A stretch of DNA of 64,000 nt from Leucoraja ocellata (lineage: Eukaryota). The stretch is taken from the NCBI GenBank assembly GCA_036785375.1, contig JAWMAR010000384.1:186001-250000 (forward strand). Direction: 5' to 3'. Below are positions 13,046-27,016 of the stretch, piece after piece. Position 1 is the first letter of the stretch. Each line of letters begins with the position of its first letter. The position numbers and the translations under genes are program-made. The notes below the pieces were generated by a model. That model was given only the letters and a program-made list of their open reading frames with translations, ran no database searches and was not told where the DNA came from.

Positions 13046-15506
13046 TATTATCTACTCTCGCGATATATCTTTCTACCTTGGCAGATGTGTGCTCATGAAC
13101 ACAAAGTCCCTCGGTTCCTGCGAACTTTGAACCCACATTGCCTCCCCCTCCCCCTCCCCCTCCCCCTCCACACACGAGGCAAACTATACAAGCTCATACT
13201 TCTCTGTGATAGGTTTCATCCATCATTTACCTACTCATTCTCCTGTCATATTGAAGTTTGAAATGCTCGCTGAGTACTCTCTCTCCCTCTCCTGCGTGTA
13301 AGCCGCTATTCCATCATGATTGTTGATGTGAATATATTGCTATTGGTACAGAACACAACTAGTTATGGGGATAGAGGAGAATTAAATCATTGGCCAAAAT
13401 GCTCGTGCATACTGAATGTGAATAATGAGAAGGGCCGAATGGCCTCCTCCTCCGGGAGAGACTTTAATATTTTTTTTGGACAAACATGAAGACAGTTGCA
13501 AACATGATTTTGTACATTTGAGTGGGTTTTGGTCCCAGGATTTTAGCCCCAGGTTTTCCATCTATCCAATTTGCCACGGTGTTGAGTGTCAATGAAAGTC
13601 ATAAAGATTTAAACAACGACGCATGACATAAATAACTGAACATTGTTCTCTTAAAAGAAACAAACAGAAAATCCAATTACAACTCATTTTAAACCGAGAA
13701 CTCTTGTTTGCAGAAACATCGCAGACACGTGGACTGTGACAGAAAATACACAGGAATAAATGATACATAAATTATACAAGTACATCAGAAAGAAAGAAAC
13801 AAGATTGCGGCCAAAAACATAATAATAATAAAACATGTCGATTGTGTACAAGTTTTGGGGCATAGTGTCCCGTTATGGAGGCAGAATTAGGGGTATGTTG
13901 GTCCTTCCAAAAGCTGGATAGTTGTAGGCAAGTAACTGTTGAACCGGGTGATGTATTTTCTGTAGTAGATCTGTAAAGGTTTGTTGGAGTATTTGGAGAC
14001 AAAAAGTATTTCTTTAAAATTCTTGGAAAGTAGAGGCATTGACGCTCCTTCACGGATGCAGTTGTTTGCTGGACCCGGGACACGTCATCCACAATGTTAA
14101 TGCTTAGAATTTAAAGCTGATAACTCTCTCCACCACTGCTCCATCAAATACTAACTGGCCTGAGGTCCCCGGACTTCCTCTTTCTGAAGTCAGCGACCAG
14201 TTCCGTCTTGTTGCTTTGGAGCGAAAGGTTGTTGTTCTGATACCACTCAACCAAGTGTTCCGTCACTCTTCTCTATGTTGACGCAGCACCATCAGTGATT
14301 CATCCAAACAGAATGGTGTTAGGGGTGGATCAATAGATGACTTTGGAGCTGTGGGTGTAAAGGAAGTAGAGCAGGGTGTAAAGCCGCAGCCTTGAGATGC
14401 GCTGTGTTGCTGGTCAATGGGGAGGAGATGATGTTCCCCATCCGCACTCGCTCACTTGAAGCTAATTCACCAAACAGTAAAACGGTGACTAATGTGATTG
14501 TAACCACTGAGCTGTAGTCCCATCCACCTCTGGTAACATATCACTACCCACCTTGTTTATTATGAATATTTCTACCTTTGGAAAAAAATAAAGACTGCTT
14601 CTACCACATTTTCAGAAACGTAATTGATGAGGCTTTCTCCATTCTGGGAGATGTGTTTTGTTTCTTCACTTTTTGAAGTAGGCATTTATTTTTGTGTAAC
14701 CGGTGACGTTTAGTTTTAGATTACCCCAGCCGAATTGTCCTCACCCTTCACATGCTGTTAAGACCCCGCATAATCACCTGTGCTTCAATTAAAGCAACTC
14801 TCATGCTTCAAACTGTCGAGCACTCACTCGTTGCAGATATGGGTATATTAGTAACCATTTTCTGAATTGCTTCAAAGGCATTTACATTTCAATACTCTGC
14901 TCGATACTGCGATGAAGTACAACTGAAACACTAAGACCCTTTCTCTTTTGTATTCGGTTTTTCTGGCGTTAGATGCTAACACTGTTACCTTTCCTAGGCA
15001 GTTGTTGTACCTCTTTCTAGCCTGTGGCGAATCCTCACCAACAATTCGAAATAATTCTGCATCTCAAAACACTGAAAATTGTCAAAATGTAAATATGAAG
15101 GGCCTCGACCCGAAACGTTAACCATACCTTCTCTCCAGAGATGCTGCCTGTCCCTCTGAGTTACCCCAACGTTTTGTGTCTATATTGTAAAGAACATTCT
15201 TTTGTATCACTTACCCGGCCAAAATTGACATTTCACATGTTCCCACATCCCGCATTTACCAGGCCTTTGCCCATTCACTGGAACTATCCACATCCACGGT
15301 GGCCTTGTTTGGTTCTTCATGTCATTAACAAATTCAACAGCCAACATTTTTTTTTTAGCATTTTTGGAAATTGTGGCTGCAGCAGTGATCTATAAGGCAC
15401 ATCAGTTTTTGCATCTTTCCAACCCGAATTTTGCCTATTTATGCGTGTTCTATGTTTCAAACGAATCGCCCAATGTTCTTTTCTTAACCATAAATACCAA
15501 GGTTCG

Positions 15507-16598
15507 TAGAAAATAGGTGCAGGAGTAGGCTATTCGGCCCTTCGAGCAGCACCGCCATTCAGCATGATCATGGCTGATCATCCAAAATCGGTATCCCGTT
15601 CCTGCTTTCTCCCCATATCCATTGGGTCCATCAACCCTAAAAGCTATATCTAACTCTCTGTTGAATACAACCAGTGATTTGGCCTCCACTGCCTTCTGTG
15701 GCAGAAAATTCCACAGATTCACAACTCTCTGCGTAACAAAAGTGTTTCCGCATCTCTGTCCTAAATGGCCTACCATTTTTTAAAACTAGGACGCCTGGTT
15801 CTGGATTCCCCATCATCGGGAACATTTTACATGCATCTAGTGTATCCAATCCCTTAAGAATGTTATATGTTTCTATAAGAACCCCTCTCATCCAAAATGC
15901 CAGTGCATATAAGCCCACTCGATCATATGTCAGTTCCACCATCCCGGGAATTAATCTGGTGAACCGACGTTGCACTCCCTCAATAGCAAGAATGTCCTTC
16001 CTCAAATGTAGAGAACAAAACTGCACATAATACTCCAGGTGTGGTCTCACTAGGGCCCTGTACCACTGCCGTCGGACCACCTTGTCCCTATACTCAAATC
16101 CTCTCGCAATGAAGGCCAACGTGCCATTCGATTTTCTTCACTGCCGACTGCACCTGCAAGCTTTCTTTCCGTGACTGGTGTTCAAGGCCACACAGTTCTC
16201 GTTTCACCTCCCCTTTCCCAAATTTGACACCATTCAGATAATAATCTGCCTTCCTGTTTTTGTCACCAAAGTGGATAACCTCACATTTATCCACGTTATA
16301 CTGCATCTGCCATGCATCTGCCCATTTACACATCCTATCCAAGTCACCCTGCTGCCTCATAGCATCCTCCATGCAGCTCACACTGTCACCCAGCTTTGTG
16401 TGATCAGCAAACTTGGAGATGTGCATTTAATTCCTTCATCTTAATCGTTAATATATATAGTTAATAACTGAGGTCCCAACACTGAGCCTTGCGGCACTAG
16501 TCACTGCCTGCCATTCTGAAAAGGACCCGTTAATTCCTACTCTTTGCTTCCTGTCTGCCATATAGTTCACCATCCATGTCAATACCATACCTCCAATA
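15507..16598 (-). mobile_element. CR1 LINE 3' fragment (copy 2)
   Basis: Paralog of 1523-2614. Confidence 0.9.
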
Positions 16599-18981
16599 TT
16601 ACCACATTATTTACCAGATCAACCTTAGATTCCTCACCTTATCAAATAGCTGCTCGAAATTATATCTGCCTGGCATGGTACTTCTTCAAAGCCTTTCCGT
16701 AAATTGGTGAAACGTCCTTCATAAATTCATAAATTGCAGGACCAGAATTAGGCCTTTCAGCTCTAATTCTACCCGGCCATTCTATCACGCTTGATTTATC
16801 TCCACCTCTCAGCCCCTCTCAGCCCCATTCTCCTGACTTATCCCCATAACCCTTAACACTCTTACTAATCACCAACCAATCAATCTGCACCTTAAAAATA
16901 TCAATTGAGTTGGCTTCCACAGCGTTCTGAAGCAATGGATTCCACAGATTCACCACCCTCTGACTAAAGGAATTCCTCCTCATCACCTTTTGTAAATGTA
17001 CGTCCTTTTATTCTGAGGCTATAACCTTTGGTCCTTGACTCCCCCACTCGTCGAAACATCCACTCCACATCCACTCTATCCAGGAGGGGAGGGGGCGCTC
17101 TCCCAAAGTCTACTATCAATTCCACCGTCTTAAGAACATTGAGCTCCAGATTGTTACGAAGGCACCAGGACGCCAGCTGTGTTACTTCCTGTCTGTAGGC
17201 AGATTCCTCCTCAACCTGGATCAGTCCAATCAGGGTTGTGTCGCCCCTGGGATCCCTGGGATCACCCTCGTAAACCTCCTCTGGACCCTCTCCAACGCCA
17301 GCTCACCCTTCCTCAGATTGGAGCCCAAAACTGTTCACAACACTCCAAATGCGGTCTGACCAGTGCCTGATAAAGGCCCAGCATTACATCCCTGGTTTTG
17401 TATTTTGTTTTTGTGTTCTGGCCCTCTCGAAAGAAATGCTAGCATTGCATTCGCCTTCCCGACTACAGACTTGTAAATTAACTTTTGGGGAATCCTGCAC
17501 CAGCACTCCCAAACCCCTTTGCACCTTACGTTTCTGAATGTTCCCTTTCTCAACAATATTTTGACTTTTGCGAGATGACCTTATTGATTATTTTGTCAAT
17601 ACCCTTTATATCGTTTTAGTAACAGCTTGCAATATTTCTGTCTCTCTTCCTTTCTGAATGTAAATGATCACCAAGGAACGTCCATGGTAGTTTTGAAATA
17701 AAAGCTCAAAGCAATGAATTCAGCGCTGCAATGGGATGAATTAAGATTCTCGAATTAAATACAATACATCTTAACACCCTGTCAGCCCGTGGCTCTATCA
17801 ACTTCCTAATGATTGCAACGTTTGTGAGTTTGTTCCTTGCTTCCACTTCCATGTCTGCAGCCGTTTCTGGGATGTTGTCCGTGTTCTGTAGCAGTGCAGA
17901 CCGAAGCCATTTTTCAGTTTACATTTTCTGTCATCTCCATATTCCCCTTTACTTTTACCCCAGATCCCCTACTTCACTGTCCAGTCTGTAGGTTGTAATA
18001 AAAATGACAGCAATTCTTACTATCATGCATTAACACTTCTAGCTGACGTCCAACAATACTTTAATATACTCATTGAACGCTTCGACATATTATTTTACAA
18101 TTCGCTGTTCAATTTTCTGATTTCCATTCAACTTTGCTCATAGAAATTTTTTGTGCTCTTAGTTTAATGCTGTCTTTAACATGTTTAGATAATTGTGGAT
18201 GTTTTATTTCTTGTGGCACGTGTGTAGTTTCTGTCTTTTGAATGATTACGTTGAAAGCTTCCGTCTACATCTGGAATTTCCGATATTTTAATTGAATTTG
18301 CTGGTGGATTTCAAGTTCAAGTTCACATTTAGTGTCACATACACGCAGCAGTTATGGTACCGTGATATTTGTGTTACCGTGCAGCCCATTCAAGTAAAAA
18401 TAACACAATACATTCAGCTGGCTCCGTTCCATGGCATGCATTTACCCCTATACAGCATTCCCTCACCCTCACATTTCTACTTTAATTAATGATGTATTGT
18501 TCTTCCCATGAACTTCAATTCGACCGTCTGAAGGGTCGTTCTTTCGCAATGCGATTAAGACATATTAACAGACTTTCCTGTGCCGTTTAATTTCACCATT
18601 AAAGTGGACACTTTAAATCCAATGAAGGGGCTAGTGGTGGAATGGTGCCTTGCGATATTACACGACTGCGAATTATTTGTAGGAAAAGGACAAAGGTGTT
18701 ATTTTATAATTATTTGGGAGCTTAAGGTGATTAGTGCAAAGTCTCTACAGTGCCACCATTCAACACAACTGACCACTTTTACTCAGTAAATAAGAGCTTG
18801 CTCTCACACAACAGTTCCCGTCTGAGTCTCAGAGCTTCTCTCCCCCTCCCCCCGCCGCCGTTGAGTTCACCGTTGTCTGCTACTCTCCTCCCACTTAAAA
18901 CAACATGAATATTTCTTTCTCCCAAAGGGCTGGAGCTGCAGAAATGTCATTTTACCCCGATCCAATAATTCAGTGAACCGG

Positions 18982-19040
18982 TGTCACGTGGATAAAGATT
19001 TGCATGAATAATTAATAATTAGTGACTGAAGACTTTAAAA
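18982..19040 (+). promoter_or_regulatory. Ig light-chain promoter, cluster 2 (CACGTG 18985-18990, ATTTGCAT 18998-19005)
   Basis: Same module as cluster 1. Confidence 0.85.
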
Positions 19041-19104
19041 GAGAAACTTGGAAATGGCTCAAAACCGCGCTTGTGCAGCAAAATATTCCCTTATAACCTT
19101 CAAC

Positions 19105-19150
19105 ATGGCTGTATGGGTTTGGGTTCTCGCCTTGGTGACCTGTTTCCACT
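19105..19150 (+). CDS. IgL: Ig light chain cluster 2, leader exon (MAVWVWVLALVTCFH)
   Basis: Signal peptide; GTGAGT donor at 19151. Confidence 0.9.
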
Positions 19151-19248
19151 GTGAGTAGAGCGCAGAATAATTAATGCTGTATCGTTTTACATTCTGCTGT
19201 GTTTTTTTTTTCTAATGGTTCTGTATATTTATCTGTTATTTCTATCAG

Positions 19249-19593
19249 CTATAAACGCGGAGACTACCTTGACTCAGAGCCCATCTATATCACAATCGCC
19301 GGGAACAAACGTGAAAATCACCTGTACACTGTCAGGGGGCAGCATCGGTAGCTTGTACACGAGCTGGTACTGGCAGAAGCCGGACAGCAGCCCTGTTTTC
19401 GTGTGGTATGAAACCACCAGAGGCACCGGAATTCCAGACCGATTCACGGGATCCGTGGACTCATCCACGAACCAAATGCATTTAACCATCACCAACGTGC
19501 AATCGGAGGACGCGGCCGATTATTACTGTGCTGTGCGGGATGGCAATACAGTCACATTCACCTTCGGGAAAGGAACCAAACTGAATCTAAGCA
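19249..19593 (+). CDS. IgL: Ig light chain cluster 2, germline-joined VJ exon, CDR3 AVRDGNTVTFT
   Basis: CAG acceptor, open V-J frame ending FGKGTKLNLS, GTAAGT donor at 19594. Confidence 0.95.
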
Positions 19594-21988
19594 GTAAGTA
19601 AAGTATTCACGGTGTGAAACAACAAATCGTTGAACTTGGGTTTTGCTTTCCATCATAAATCCTCGGTAGAAAGATCTTATTAAACCAAAGTAGACAGGAC
19701 GGGTCAGCCAGCTTCTCCGGTAGAAGTATAGATGGGCAATGGTTTGTGTCGGAACCTTTGCGAAAGGTTCCCGAACGGAAATATCATCTTTCTTTGTGGA
19801 CCAGAGGTGCTGTCTGATCCGCTGGATTACTTCAGCACTTTGTGTTGTACTCAAGATGCCAACATTCGCGGTTCCCTGTTTCTCCTACGTGAACTTGTTT
19901 TTTTTTTAAATAATCCTTTACCTCCATCCCTACAACACTCCGGGAAATCTGCGCTCATCTATCCGTGGCTTCTTGATCATCGTGGAATTTAACGCCTTCA
20001 CAGACTGACAGCTGTGCTTCAAATGCGAAGTTGTTAAATTCTGTAATGATCTGAAAGTCTATTTCCCACTTTCTTCCCTGATGTGCATGAAACCTGCTCC
20101 TATAACAGGAATACTGATTCTCTGATTTGAAGTATCCTCAAGTGGCGGGTTCCATATGAGACTGCTGCTATTGGTCACTTTGCTTCAATATAAGCGGAAT
20201 GCAAACCAAAACCTTTGCCGTTACTTGAACAAATGTTCGGGAAATTATGAGATTTCATTAACTTACAGTATATTGTGGACACGGATAGTACCAACTCTGA
20301 GAGTGGGCCAAATAGAATCATTGGAAACATCCAAAGGAAAGTTAATAAACATTTGGCAAGGGATGTCGGTGAATTTAAATGGGATATTTTTGGAATTGCA
20401 AATACCCATTAGGGCAAATTGCGCGAAGTTGATTTCTGATCGTTTTAATGATACCATGAGGGTGAAGTGACGTTTAGACAGGGTTACACGCGCTCCCTAC
20501 AACAGCGCTAAAACTAATTGTCAGGGAAAAGGTTAAAACCAAAATTTAAACGCTTCGCACGGCAGCATTTCAATTCCCTTTGCGCGAAAGCGTGGAGGAT
20601 TGTTGCAAGTCTGATTCAGCTCCGAAATTAGAAACAAGAGCAGAACCGGATTCTGGTTCATTCCTCGATCAGCGAGCCATTGCCACCTTAGCTGATCACA
20701 TTTGTGTGGATATGCCGTCAGACTCTTTGTACCCTTGACTCTTGTAGATCCTGCAAGGGATTTTGATGCTGGTTCTCCGATTGCCATCGAGTGTATGATA
20801 TAGCAGAAAACGCAGACTGTTCATTATGCTGTTAAGCATGATCCCTCTGAGTGTTGATTTTTTTTAAGGGCAGGCGGTTGGTAGACCGACATGTCAAAAA
20901 AGCTTCAAAGAGCGAGACATAATTTTGCCATTTTCGGATAAATTAATGCAGAAATGGGCACACGTGTATACGAGGTTATTGCTGAATTGCCTTGAACCGT
21001 ACGATTGGAAGGAAATAGTACAGCGTCTTTAAATTCAGCATTAGCTTGAAATGTTTTTTAAAGTCCGAATATGTTGGATGTTAAACCCAGAGCTGTCTGG
21101 ACATGTGTCAGAAGGAATTTCAATCTGACCAAAACATTTCTTTAGTTTTACCTTTCATTTTTCTGCCCGCCACCATCATTGAATCATGGACTTTCTGGAC
21201 GATGTGGAAGATTCACTAATAAGTAACATTCTAAAGATTGTTCCGGAATAGAATTGGGATTACTATTTAAACAAGCATTAATTTGGAAATGCTGCTCATT
21301 CTGCCAGGATGAGTTGTATTTACATTTTTTCTGCCCGTTTCCATGATCTGTAGAAAATCGTATGTTATGTGTTTTACCAAACCTCGGATATACCCCCATA
21401 AAAATTAACTTATCATGATTCTGCTGTATAAAATGAGGTTTATAAATGACCGGGAATTGTAAAGCCAGTGCAGTACACGGCCATAGAGCCACGGAGTTAT
21501 GCAGCGGTGGAACAGTCCTTCAGTCCACCTATTTCATGCCGACCGGGTTGCCCTACTTGAGCTGGTCCCATTTGCGCGTGTCAGGCCCATATCTCTTTGA
21601 ACCTTTCTTATCCAAGTATTAATTCAAATGTTTATTTAAATGGTGTTATTGTACCTGCCTCATCAACTTCTCTGGGGAACTCATTCCATGGAGTCAACGC
21701 ATTATGTGAACAAATGTTGCCCTGAACCTAAACCCTCTAATTCTTCATTCTCCTACTACGGGGAAAAGACTCCGTGCGCTAACCCTATGTATTCCCCTCG
21801 CGATTTTGTAACCGCCATGCGATCACCCTAAGGTCTTCTACACTCCAAGGACTAACGTCCTCGCATATCCAATCTATCCAACGAGTCGGCATATATCTTG
21901 CCTGGAGTCATTCCAGCTGAATCGATTCTGACTTTTCAATCAACTGATAAATAATTCATTTGTATTTATTTCAATTCTTTATTTCCAG

Positions 21989-22311
21989 GTCCGCGCTCCC
22001 CCACCGTTTCCATTCTGGCGCCATCAATGGGTGAAGTCACCGCAGAAAGTACCGCCACCCTGGTGTGTTTGGTGAGCGGGTTCAACCCGGGCGCTGTGGA
22101 CATTAAGTGGACCGTGGACGGCAGTGCGAGAAGTGACGGCGCTGCGACCAGCCGGGTACAGCAGGAGAAGGACAACTCGTTCAGTGTGAGCAGTTACCTG
22201 ACTCTGCCAGCCGCCTACTGGAACTCACACGATCTTTACTCCTGTGTGGTTAAACACGAAACCCAGGCAACCCCGATTAAGGCCAACATCGCCAGATCCA
22301 GTTGCCTCTAA
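21989..22311 (+). CDS. IgL: Ig light chain cluster 2, constant exon
   Basis: Intact C1-set domain. Spliced CDS 714 nt = 237 aa. Confidence 0.95.
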
Positions 22312-22490
22312 TTCAAAGGATCAAATTCCCGATTTACTCCATTTCTTTGTAAATTAATCCAATATTCAGATATGGAATGTTCGCTTTAACAGGGTATTTG
22401 TTCAAACGCAGCACGTGTGCATTTTGTTGCCGTGAATGCGCTGTTGGTATTTTACGATGAACTGAAAAGCGATAATGTAACATTTAATGC

Positions 22491-22496
22491 AATAAA
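22491..22496 (+). terminator. Polyadenylation signal AATAAA, cluster 2
   Basis: Position paralogous to 8487. Confidence 0.6.
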
Positions 22497-25095
22497 ACAG
22501 ATTATTCTAGTTACGATGCATCGTTGTCATTTTCTGTGCAAATGTCCTTGCCTTCAATAGAATAAAAACAATAATGTCCGATGATGCCAGTGTGTAGAAA
22601 GTGGCATTTTGTGAAACTTTGTTATATTTCAAATAAACTGCGGTTTCATGATTGATCGTAGATCCAGGTGTTAGGACAGTTGAAGGGACCGCTTGCAACC
22701 CCCTCTCACATGTATCCACCGATCTATCACTTGGCCAGCTGTATCGCACCTCATATCTATTTTACACATTTACCTCCTCTGTTCCAGGGGCACGACCTGA
22801 AATTATGCCTCGCAATTCTAATCAGCTGTTGCCTGACCCGGCAAGTCATGTGGAGTCCAATGGCGAAGTCTTGTTTTGCTGGATTTGTCCGGTATTATGA
22901 CCACCTCTCTGATCGAATTTACCTCTTCAATCCACTTCTTGTCAGACTTTTCCATGATCTACATTGATATTCTACACCCAGTTGCAAGTCGAACATATCC
23001 ATGCTTTGTCCCCATTTTCCTACCCCCGCGAGGCTTCCTTTACTTTTGATGGGCGACGGGTATTTTGGAAATACTGGTCAGCGTTTAGTGTTTCATCAAC
23101 GCAGTATTCCTCAACCTCCATACGAGCTTGGATATTTGGCCCAGTAAGCTCCACGGCGCCACGTGGTTTATTTACAAGAGGTAGTTCAAACAGGTACTAT
23201 AACAACATTTAATAAACATTTGGACAGGTACATTGATAGGAAAGGTTTAGAGGGATACGGGCCACCGCGGGCAGGTGGGAATTGTTGGGCCGAAGGGCAT
23301 TTCCCTACTGAATAACTCCTAGTGATACTTTTAAAAAATGAAGATAGGTGCAGGAGTAGGCATTTCGGCCCTTCGAGCCTGCACCGCCTATCAATATGAT
23401 CATGGCTGATACATGCTTACAGCGGATCTGCAGAAATGATCGGGACCTGTACAAAAAGAAGCCCAGTTGGCAGAGGAATGCGGGGGCTGGTGGGCAGGAG
23501 AACTCATCTCTGTACCGTAAAATAAAGTTGTCTGGCTGCTCACAATAACACAAGATGTAGCTTCGAGTAAATGTTCATCCTGCATGAAGTGGCGCTGCAT
23601 TCGACGATGTTCTGTGGTCCCTGCAGTTATCTTGCTCTTAGATGCTGAATCAATCCAAAAATATTGACATAATCTGCAGCACCTTTGGTATATTTACAGT
23701 TCTTGTCATTGATGGGGAGGCAAAGGTAAACTGCTTGATGTGAAAATGCTGGTATTGCCCAAGATGCAATTCGGTGCATTAAAACAATATATCAGCAGCC
23801 TACAGCTAGGATTAAGGTAAATGGAAACATATCAAAACGGATCCAGTTAGAGAGGGGCACAAGGCAAGGATGCTGTCTTTCTCCTACTCTCTTCGTTTTG
23901 TATATTGAACCCTTAGCACAAGCAATAAGGCAGAGAGAAGACCTACAGGGGGTCAAAATGGGGGGAAAGAACATATAATTGGTCTTTTCGCTGATGATAT
24001 CATTATTTTTCTTGAACGACCAGATATATGTCTCCCAAATGTAATGAACCTATTTGAAACAAATGGATACTACTCAGGGTATAAACTGAATATAACAAAA
24101 ACACAAATTATTTCATTCAATTATTCTCCATCCCAACAAATCAGAGATGCATATAATCTGGAATTCTAAAACGATTCAGTATCTTGGTGTAACTATAAGC
24201 AAAACACTTTCCAACTTGTTTGAAACTAATTATAACAAAATTGAAGAAAACATCAAAAAGGATGTTGAAAGGTGGTCGACCCTTCCTCTAGACTTCAGTG
24301 CCAGAATACAAACGGTAAAAATGAATATCCTACCTAAACTACTATATTTATTCCAATCTCTCCCAATTAATGTCCCCCGAGATAAATCCATAGCCTGGGA
24401 TAAAGTGATCTCTAGATTCATTTGGAATAGCAAAAAAACAAGAATAAAACTAACAACACTTCAACTGCCGAAAAGCAAGGGTGGAATGGCTTTACCAAAT
24501 CTGAGGAAATACTTTTATGTAGCTCAACTCAGACCTCTGTTGGTGTAGACCTGATTATGAATCTCGATGGACAGGGTTACCAGATCCAGATTTTGGTGGG
24601 AGACTAATATCTGAGAGGGGCTTTGAGACACGCTATGGACCACATAGTAGCATTTACGTTAGAAATATGTAATGTTGTAGTGGAAAAATACAAATTAAAA
24701 AGAGGGGTTCACGCATTGAAGTGGTTCGCATATGACTCAAAGTTTAACCAGGGGTGTATGATTCAAAATTCAAAGAATGGGCACAAAAAGGCATAATGGC
24801 AATGTATACAGTTTCAGAAAATGGCGAGTTTATGAGCTTCCAAGATTTAAAGTCAAAGTCTGGTCTCGAAAACAAAGATTCTTTTAGATACTTGCAATTA
24901 AGAGACTACTTTACAAAAGAGATAAGGCCAGAACTAGATGAAACTTCAAATAATGTGATCAAGGTGATTGTGGATGCATACAAACAGAAGGGGTCTCGGG
25001 TCAACTCTGCTTTCTACCAAGCTCTGATGGGAAGCGGGGGAGAATCAACGCTCTACATAAAAACAAAATAGGAAGCAGAATTAAAGATTCAGATA

Positions 25096-25097
<2 letters not shown>

Positions 25098-25181
<84 letters not shown>

Positions 25182-25645
25182 TTATTTATATAGCACATTT
25201 ATAGTCAAATTTCATTGACCCCAAAGTGCTTTACATCATTTAAAAATCAGTTCCATACAAAGCATAAAGATGGGTTAACAAAATAATAAAATGCATAAAG
25301 AGGACACAACATGTAACATAAACATCCACCACAGCATTCATCACTGTGGTGGAAGGCACAAACAATTTTAGCCATCCTCCTCCATCCCCCCCCCCCCCCC
25401 CCCCGTGGACAAGACCAGAGTCCAGAGTCCAGTCCAGGATCGGTCTTTCCTCACCGGAGACCGCGGCTTCAAGATTGTGTAGGCCGCAGGCCGGCGGTTG
25501 AGATTTAAATTCTCCGCCGCAGCCAGAAGCACCATAGACTGCAGGGCCGGCGGTCGAAGCTCCCCTCCAGGGGCGATGGTAAGTCCATGCCGGGGCCGCA
25601 GTAGAAGTTATCCGCGGGCCGGCAATGGCGGCTTCTTCTTCCCCC
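25098..25645 (-). mobile_element. GC-rich non-autonomous retroelement with an L2-type tail ending in (CTT)n(ATT)n
   Basis: Interrupts L1 ORF2 between ...AELKIQI and EEWYQMCE; compound microsatellite at ~25100-25180. Confidence 0.7.
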
Positions 25646-26430
25646 ATAAGAAGAATGGTATCAAATGTGTGAAACACAATGTCCTTCCACAAGCACACTA
25701 GTATGGAAAGTGTTTTGCTGGAAGAATCTATCTCGCTTTTTTTTATAAGCAGCAAACTCACTGTCCAACAACACTGTTGGAGGCTGTGTGGGAGTACAGA
25801 GGCAGACCACTCGCATATTTTCTGGAACTGTGTAAAGATAAGGCCATACTGGGAAAATGTTAATGCAGCTGTAAAAAATATCTTGGGTTATAAAATCCCA
25901 AATACCTGCCATGTGATGTATCTGGGGCGTATTAAAGATATTGTAAAAATAAAAGATACATATTTGATTAAAGTTTTGCTTGCAGCAAGTAAGAAGGCCA
26001 TTACCAGGCAGTGGCTTAATGAAAAAGTCTAAAACAGGAACAGTGGTTAGAAATTGTGCGAGACATCTTTAATATGGAGAAATTGACATATTCCTTGAGA
26101 GTCAAGGAAAATTCATTTGAGAAGATCTGGGAATAATGGACCATTTATTTGAGCCATGAGACCAATTAGATAAATGCCGAGCTAGATATGGGAAGATTGC
26201 GTTATATAGAACTAGATGGTATGTTTGTATGATTATTGAATTATCTCCAGATAACTAATCAATGTAATGTTTTTTCTTTTTTTAAGTTGGTAAAGTGAAC
26301 CACGGTCTTATTCCAATTTTTTTTTTTAATTTACTTCTTTTATTTCCCCAATCTACTTATTTTTTTATTTTGATTGTTGTTTTTCTTACTTTGTTTTATT
26401 TATGGTGATGGTGTTGCACGGTTTTGTATA

Positions 26431-27016
26431 TCTATTATCTATTATATATATAAAACTCAAATCCGTCCGTCTGCCTGCAGTACGGATCCCTTCCTGCCTT
26501 TCGATTCGTGCCCGATACTCGCAGATGTCCAATCGGAATGGCCGATGCTCGCAGATGTCCAATCGGAATGGATTCATTTGCATGTACGGCTGCCGGCTGC
26601 ATTTCTTCCTTTGATTCATTGCCACGCCCAATCCAGACGCTCAATCTCCGAGATATTTTCCATTTCGGTAGAGATTTCGCTTTTCTTTCTAAGTATCCGC
26701 TCCTCATTTCATTTCGTCGTGTTGAAGTACATGTTTTTAGTCAAATCCTTCTCCCCACCCCACCCCCCCACACCCCCAAGTATTTCACAAATAAACAGGC
26801 TTCTCCATCTACATGTCAGCTTCCAACACACTTCGAAACAAAGTTGCAAGAGAGGAACACTGAACTTTTCACTGCTGCAGCAGGCAGGGGAGGGCTGCAA
26901 TCTTACATTTGGGAACGGGCTCAGTTCCAATGGAGGAGACGGGTGCATGGTGGAATATTGGGTTGGGGGATCACACCATTGGGGGAGCAGACCCAACGGG
27001 TCTGCACTTGGTCTAG
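26431..27016 (+). mobile_element. Non-autonomous Helitron (586 bp)
   Basis: 5' TC(TATTATCTATTATATATATAAAAC); 3' hairpin GCAGACCC-AAC-GGGTCTGC (26987-27005) then CTAG; inserted at A|T with no TSD; empty site in copy 1 at 12039/12040. Confidence 0.92.

Larger units (their letters stand above)
1..13975 (+). repeat. Segmental duplication unit copy 1 (begins before the window; boundary arbitrary)
   Basis: Colinear and nearly identical to ~13976-28790 (offset ~13.98 kb), including the same TE fragments and the Ig cluster. Confidence 0.9.

Noticed and set aside
25001-25198. Poly-Leu/poly-Ile ORF
   Set aside because: Translation of the (CTT)n(ATT)n microsatellite.
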